A stretch of 37,598 bases of DNA from Acidimicrobiia bacterium (GTDB lineage Bacteria > Actinomycetota > Acidimicrobiia > IMCC26256 > JACDBD01): positions 1 to 37,598 of the forward strand of contig DATFPZ010000219.1 of the NCBI GenBank assembly GCA_035264545.1, read 5' to 3'. Positions within the stretch are counted from its first letter, which is position 1. Each line of letters begins with the position of its first letter. This document shows, piece by piece, positions 31,853-37,598 of this stretch. The notes beneath the pieces were generated by a model, which was not told the origin of the DNA, ran no database searches, and saw only the letters and a list, made by a program, of their open reading frames with translations. The position numbers and the translations under genes are program-made.

Positions 31853-33838
31853 TCAGTTCACGCCGTCGTGCAAGACGGAGACGATGACCCGCATGATGAG
31901 CACGACGCTACAGAACAGGCTGAAGTAGCCGAAGAACTCGTACAGCGAGGTGTCGCCGGCGAACGGCGGTCCACCGCTGACGCCGACGAGGATCGCCCCG
32001 ATGAGACCGACGACGCCGCCGGTGAGCGCGAGCACGGTCCGGTTCACCAGCTTGGTGACGACGTGCTCGTCGTGCGGGTCGGAGAACAGGCTGACGCGGG
32101 CGCGGAAGTTGCCCCGCTCGATCTGGTTGGCCATCCGGTCGAGACGCCGCGGCAGACGGCGCAGCAGTGGTCCCATGCGGATGAGCTCTTCGCGGGCGAG
32201 CTCCTCGAGCGTCGACGGCGCCAGCCGTGCCCGCATCCACTCGGCCGCGATGGCCTCGGCCCGGTCGATGACCGGAAACCCGGGCGACAGCGTCGTGAGC
32301 GTCCCTTCCAGGGTGATGAGCGCCCGGAAGAACGTGCTCAGCTCGGGCGGCAGGTTGATCCCGAACGTGAAGAACAGCTGGAGCAGGTCGTTGAACATCG
32401 CTGCGCTCGGCACCATCCCCGGCGCGAGGTGACGCGTCATGAAGCGGGCCAGTGCCCGCTCGAGCTCCTCGTCGTCGACGTCACGCCGGAGCGTTGCGAC
32501 TTGCAGCACGGCTTGGCGGAGCAGATCGGGGTCGCGCTGCGACACGCCGATCATGACATCGCGGATCGCCGTTTGCTGGAGGGGATCGATGCGGCTGGCG
32601 GCGCCGAAGTCGATGAGGGCGAGCCGTCCGTCGCGCAGCACCATCACGTTCCCGGGGTGCGGATCGGCGTGGTACTGCGCGTCCACGAGCATCTGCTGGA
32701 GCATGCAGCGCAGCAAGTCCTCCGCCAGCTGGCGCCGGTCGACGCCGAGGTCGTCGATCTCGTCCGTGTCGCGCACGCTGACGCCGTCCAGCCACTCCAT
32801 CACGAGCACCCGGGGGGTCGTGAGGTCGTGGAACACGGCGGGGATCCGCACGTCGCTGCCGTCGTCGAGGTTGGCGGCGATGTCGGACGCGTTGCGCGCT
32901 TCGATCTCGAAGTCGAGCTCCTCCCGCAGGCGTTCGGCGAACTCGTCGGCGAGGTCGGACACGTGATAGTCGGCGCCCCACGTCGTGCGTTGCTCGACCA
33001 TGGTGGCGAGCTCGTTGAGGACGTCCAGGTCGCGGTTCACCGAGTTGGCGACACCCGGGCGCTGGACCTTCACGACCACTTGCTGGCCGCCGTGCAGGCG
33101 CGCCCGGTGGGCCTGCCCGATCGAGGCCGCCGCCAGCGGCTTCCAGTCGAACTCGGCGAAGACGTCGTCGACGGGAGCACCCAGCTCGTCCTCGAGCAGC
33201 TCTCGCACGCCGTCGGGCGGCGCCGGGGCGACGTGGTCCTGGAGATGCGACAGCTCCACCGCCACCGGTGGCGACACGAGATCCGAGCGGGTCGACGCGA
33301 CTTGGCCCATCTTCACGAACATCCCGCCGCACTCCTCGAGGGAATGGCGGAGCCGCCGCGCGAACGGCACCTGCCTTGCCTCACCGTCCTCGGAGTGACG
33401 CCCGAGCCCGAGGGACGGGCCGAGCCCGTTGCGGATCGCAATGCGCGTGATCTGCGCGTAGCGGCTGACGCGCCGGCCTCGGCGCTTCACGGCCTTGATC
33501 GGGTGCGGGATCGACGTCAGCCCGGTCTGGGCGCGCGCGAGCGTGCCCGGCTTGGCCAGCAGCTCGATCCACACCGATGCCGACATCACGCCGAGCGTCG
33601 AGAACAACCAGACGTTGCGGGTGAACCCCTGCGACACCGGCTCGCGCTGGCTCGCGATCGCAAGCGAAAGCGCGACGCCGCCGACCCAGCCGAGCACGCC
33701 GGAGAGGAGCGTCGCCGTCCACGACCGCCGTACGCCGAGCAGCCGCCCGACGAGCCATGCGAGGACGAGCACGCCCGGCAACGAGAGCAGGACGGCGAGA
33801 TCGATGAGGTCGCCGAGGTCCTCGGCCGCCAGGATCAT
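31853..33838 (-). CDS. ABC1/UbiB-family atypical kinase with N- and C-terminal TM segments
   Basis: 661-aa ORF with FVKMGQVASTRSDL, PLAAASIGQAHRA, VVKVQRPG and HADPHPGNV...LIDFGA. There are three N-terminal and two C-terminal hydrophobic helices. Confidence 0.9.
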   Translation of the reverse strand: MILAAEDLGDLIDLAVLLSLPGVLVLAWLVGRLLGVRRSWTATLLSGVLGWVGGVALSLAIASQREPVSQGFTRNVWLFSTLGVMSASVWIELLAKPGTLARAQTGLTSIPHPIKAVKRRGRRVSRYAQITRIAIRNGLGPSLGLGRHSEDGEARQVPFARRLRHSLEECGGMFVKMGQVASTRSDLVSPPVAVELSHLQDHVAPAPPDGVRELLEDELGAPVDDVFAEFDWKPLAAASIGQAHRARLHGGQQVVVKVQRPGVANSVNRDLDVLNELATMVEQRTTWGADYHVSDLADEFAERLREELDFEIEARNASDIAANLDDGSDVRIPAVFHDLTTPRVLVMEWLDGVSVRDTDEIDDLGVDRRQLAEDLLRCMLQQMLVDAQYHADPHPGNVMVLRDGRLALIDFGAASRIDPLQQTAIRDVMIGVSQRDPDLLRQAVLQVATLRRDVDDEELERALARFMTRHLAPGMVPSAAMFNDLLQLFFTFGINLPPELSTFFRALITLEGTLTTLSPGFPVIDRAEAIAAEWMRARLAPSTLEELAREELIRMGPLLRRLPRRLDRMANQIERGNFRARVSLFSDPHDEHVVTKLVNRTVLALTGGVVGLIGAILVGVSGGPPFAGDTSLYEFFGYFSLFCSVVLIMRVIVSVLHDGVN

Positions 33839-33849
33839 GGTGCGTGCAT

Positions 33850-33892
33850 GATGCGTATCTGAACTGCGCAGAGCGCAGCTGAGATACGCATC
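33850..33892. repeat. 43-nt nested-palindrome repeat, copy C
   Basis: GATGCGTATCTGAACTGCGCAGAGCGCAGCTGAGATACGCATC. It has an 11-bp outer stem and a CTGCGC-AGA-GCGCAG inner hairpin. It lies between the acyl-CoA ligase stop (33899) and the UbiB-like start (33838). Confidence 0.8.
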
Positions 33893-33898
33893 GTCGGT

Positions 33899-35539
<1,641 letters not shown>

Positions 35540-35574
35540 TGCGCCCCCCGAGGTTCAGTTGTCGTTCGCCGTGC

Positions 35575-36612
35575 TCACCAGCCGAGGATGACACCCGCGA
35601 TCAGGCCGAGCACCAGGAGCCCGCCGGCGCGCCGGGTATGGACGAAAGCCAGCGCCGCGAACCACAACGGCCAGATCGGGAAGCCCTCCGGCGGCTCGGC
35701 CGGTTTCGGCTGCGAGAACGGACCCCACACTTTCGCGAGCTTCGGCAGCGCGAGCAGGACGATCAGCGCCGCGATCGGGAGCGTTCCCGTGCCCACTAAG
35801 AGGATGACGAGGACGTAGAACGAGATCATCATCCCCTGCGTGAGCGCACGCGCCTTGCTCTCCCCGAGCAGCACGGGGAGCGTGTGCGTCCCGTCCGGCG
35901 CGTCCCACGGGATCTTGTCGATGTGCTTGCCCATCAGCACGGTGGCGCACAGCAGCGCGTACGCCAGTGACGCAACGAAGATCACGAACGGGTAGTGGCC
36001 GGTCGCGGCGTAGTAGGTGCCGCCGACCATCAGCGGACCCCACACCACGAGCACGGTGGGCTCGCCCAGGCCGTGCTTCTTGAGCCGGAGTGGCGGTGCC
36101 GTGTAGGCAACCGACAGCGCGAACCCGCTCAGCGCGAACGCGATCATCGGCCAACCGCGGAACACGAACAGCACGACGAGGATCACGAGGTCGGCCGCGT
36201 TGACGGCGATCGCGGCGGTCAGCAGCCCCCGGCGGCTGATCGTCCCCGACAGCACCGGATGGGGCGCGTAGAGCGCCCGCGGGTAGCTGTCGGAGTCCGC
36301 CCCGACTTCGAGGTCGAAGAGATCGTTCATCAGATTGTTGGCGACGTGGGCGAGCACCAACCCGAACGCCGCCAGCGCGAACAAGCCCCACCGCACGTTC
36401 TGGTCGTGGAACACCGCGAGCAGTCCCGCGATGGCCGCCGCGGTGAGCGTCATGGGCAGCACCGACGCGCGCGAGATCACGAGCCAGCGCGACACGGGAT
36501 CCACGCGTCCGGCCGGTGGGTTGCTCGTCCGCATCACGTGACGCCAGTTGCGGAGCAGGCGCGAGCGCGTGTTGACGCCGGATTCCGTTGCCGGATCGCT
36601 CACGTCAGTCAC
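35575..36612 (-). CDS. UbiA-family (MenA-like) aromatic prenyltransferase
   Basis: C-terminal 345 aa of ORF 35575..37596. I chose GTG 36612, preceded by a GGGGAGGG RBS; alternative ATG 36534. The first Asp-rich motif is NNLMNDLFDLEVGAD. There are about 9 TM helices, and a second motif region lies near KHIDKIPWD. Confidence 0.85.
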   Translation of the reverse strand: MTDVSDPATESGVNTRSRLLRNWRHVMRTSNPPAGRVDPVSRWLVISRASVLPMTLTAAAIAGLLAVFHDQNVRWGLFALAAFGLVLAHVANNLMNDLFDLEVGADSDSYPRALYAPHPVLSGTISRRGLLTAAIAVNAADLVILVVLFVFRGWPMIAFALSGFALSVAYTAPPLRLKKHGLGEPTVLVVWGPLMVGGTYYAATGHYPFVIFVASLAYALLCATVLMGKHIDKIPWDAPDGTHTLPVLLGESKARALTQGMMISFYVLVILLVGTGTLPIAALIVLLALPKLAKVWGPFSQPKPAEPPEGFPIWPLWFAALAFVHTRRAGGLLVLGLIAGVILGW

Positions 36613-36683
36613 GCCTGCACCCTCCCCGCTGCGCACGCAGCGTACCCGGGCGGTTGGGTTTCCGTCCCGGTTGGCTCGTCGAG

Positions 36684-37226
36684 TCAGCCGCCGTAGCTCA
36701 TCCGGGTGTCCTCCATCCGCAGGACCGGCGTCTCCTCGTCCTTCTGGAACCCGGCGTCGACGATCTCGCCGATGAACAGGCTGTGCGAGCCGACGTCGGT
36801 CGTCGCGTGCAGCTCGCAATCCGCGTAGGCGACGGCCTGGTCGAGGATCGGCGCGCCCGAGACACCGTCGTGGAACGGGAACCCGTTCAGCGTGCGTGCC
36901 TCGAGGTCGACCTCGACCGGCTTCGTGAACTTGCGGACGATGGCCCGGTCCTCGCGGTCGACGATGCTCAGCGCGAACACGCCGCCCTCGGAGATCAGGT
37001 CGTGCGTGACGGCGTCCTTCTCGACGCTGAGGCCGAGGAGCTTGGGATCGAATCCCAGTTGCGTGACCCAGTTGCACGTCATGCCGTTGCGTCGGTCGCC
37101 GGCGCGGCTGCCGACGATGTAGAGACCGGACGGCATCGTCCAGAGGACACGCCGCCGTAACCGGTCGTACTCTTCGGGATCGGCACCGGCGGGGAACGGG
37201 CCGACGGGTCCGCTGCTGAGTGGCAT
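36684..37226 (-). CDS. flavin reductase-like (FMN-binding split-barrel) protein
   Basis: 180-aa ORF. LYIVGSRAGDRRNGMTCNWVTQLGFDPKLLGLSV...HSLFIGEIV is the typical flavin reductase domain. Confidence 0.85.
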   Translation of the reverse strand: MPLSSGPVGPFPAGADPEEYDRLRRRVLWTMPSGLYIVGSRAGDRRNGMTCNWVTQLGFDPKLLGLSVEKDAVTHDLISEGGVFALSIVDREDRAIVRKFTKPVEVDLEARTLNGFPFHDGVSGAPILDQAVAYADCELHATTDVGSHSLFIGEIVDAGFQKDEETPVLRMEDTRMSYGG

Positions 37227-37251
37227 CCGGTGAGGCTATCGGGGGAGCTCG

Positions 37252-37598
37252 ATGACCGACTACGCGCAGACGTACGGCGCGCTTCGCACCCGGGTGTCTG
37301 ATCTGGTGCGCGAGGCCGACGACGAGCAGCTCGAGCGCCACGCGCCGGCGGCACCCGAATGGCGCGTCCGTGACCTGGTGGCTCATCTCAGCGGGATCAC
37401 CGCTGACATCAACGCCGGGAACCTCGACGGTGTCGCGACCGATGCATGGACGGCCGGCCAGGTCGACGCCCGGCGCGATTGGAGCATCGAGCAGCTGCTC
37501 GAGGAATGGGACACCGAGGCGCCGAAGGTCGAGGCGGTCATGTCGAGCCTGCCCGAGGTGGCGGTGGGTCAGATGACGACGGACGCTGCCACGCACGA
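37252..37598 (+). CDS. DinB/MDMPI-type (maleylpyruvate isomerase family, mycothiol-dependent enzyme-like) protein, N-terminal part
   Basis: My translation from ATG 37252, preceded by a GGGGGAG RBS: MTDYAQTYGALRTRVSDLVREADDEQLERHAPAAPEWRVRDLVAHLSGITADI... The 'W.v.dl.aHl' pattern is typical of the family. The gene runs off the window end. Confidence 0.65.
   Translation, partial: MTDYAQTYGALRTRVSDLVREADDEQLERHAPAAPEWRVRDLVAHLSGITADINAGNLDGVATDAWTAGQVDARRDWSIEQLLEEWDTEAPKVEAVMSSLPEVAVGQMTTDAATH

Noticed and set aside
30474-31928. 484-aa plus ORF beginning in the long spacer, including the 'SERSERSE' peptide from the GCGAGC microrepeat.
   Set aside because: It has a low-complexity start, and the remainder is antisense to the VOC and methyltransferase genes. 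It has no domain signature.
3856-33892. Whether the four ~43-nt palindromic repeats form a CRISPR array or a MITE.
   Set aside because: The copies are 2.5-22 kb apart rather than regularly spaced with short spacers, and each is itself a hairpin. There are no cas genes, no flanking target-site duplications that I could see, and no transposase. They are better described as REP-like elements.
35575-37596. Single 673-aa ORF spanning the prenyltransferase and flavin-reductase loci.
   Set aside because: Only the C-terminal ~345 aa (the UbiA fold) look coding. The N-terminal half is an out-of-frame shadow of the flavin reductase gene and of the next gene on the other strand. The same logic trims ORFs 1545..2843, 4657..6345, 11734..14154, 14393..16054, 15814..16710, 17737..19761, 25831..27105 and 26661..27518 to internal starts.

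Overview
High-GC (roughly 70%) chromosomal window of actinobacterial type, suggested by an F420-type LLM oxidoreductase, a mycothiol-type DinB/MDMPI enzyme, DUF1918 and frequent GTGA/ATGA coupled genes. It is densely packed with about 45 protein genes. I found no rRNA, tRNA, CRISPR array, transposase or integrase.

Recognisable content, left to right:
- Zn-ADH (partial), then a chain of translationally coupled small genes of unknown function ending in a DUF1089 'glycolipid-binding' protein.
- Acyl-CoA synthetase and Leu/Val dehydrogenase.
- Three secreted or lipoprotein genes: YVTN beta-propeller, GH31 and a Kelch protein.
- A TPP riboswitch driving a thiamine salvage operon (thiamine pyrophosphokinase plus ThiBPQ).
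- An OmpR-type response regulator, an intramembrane-type histidine kinase and a stand-alone RibB.
- Small DUF1918 and hypothetical genes, and a YhhN protein.
- A single-polypeptide ECF sigma / ZAS anti-sigma / TM / extracytoplasmic-domain fusion.
- PdxH, two VOC proteins and an alpha/beta hydrolase.
- A divergent HxlR-SCP2 regulator and DHA2 MFS pump; an SRPBCC protein; a MerR/GyrI-like regulator.
- A CrtQ-like GT2, CrtO-like acyltransferase and methyltransferase module with no carotenoid core genes nearby.
- An acyl-CoA dehydrogenase and an LLM oxidoreductase.
- A co-directional six-gene cluster: flavin reductase, UbiA prenyltransferase, long-chain acyl-CoA ligase, ABC1/UbiB kinase, methyltransferase, VOC.

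The signals the gene list does not explain:
1. A family of about 43-nt nested-palindrome repeats. There are four copies, all at gene junctions. Three are exactly 43 nt with conserved GATGCGTA...TACGCATC termini. The inner stems differ in sequence but stay palindromic.
2. A perfect 15-bp inverted repeat that wraps the overlapping stop codons of two convergent genes.
3. The sigma/anti-sigma fusion protein.

The ORF track labels GTG and TTG starts as M. Many long ORFs in it are GC-driven shadows of genes on the other strand or in another frame, and I rejected those.
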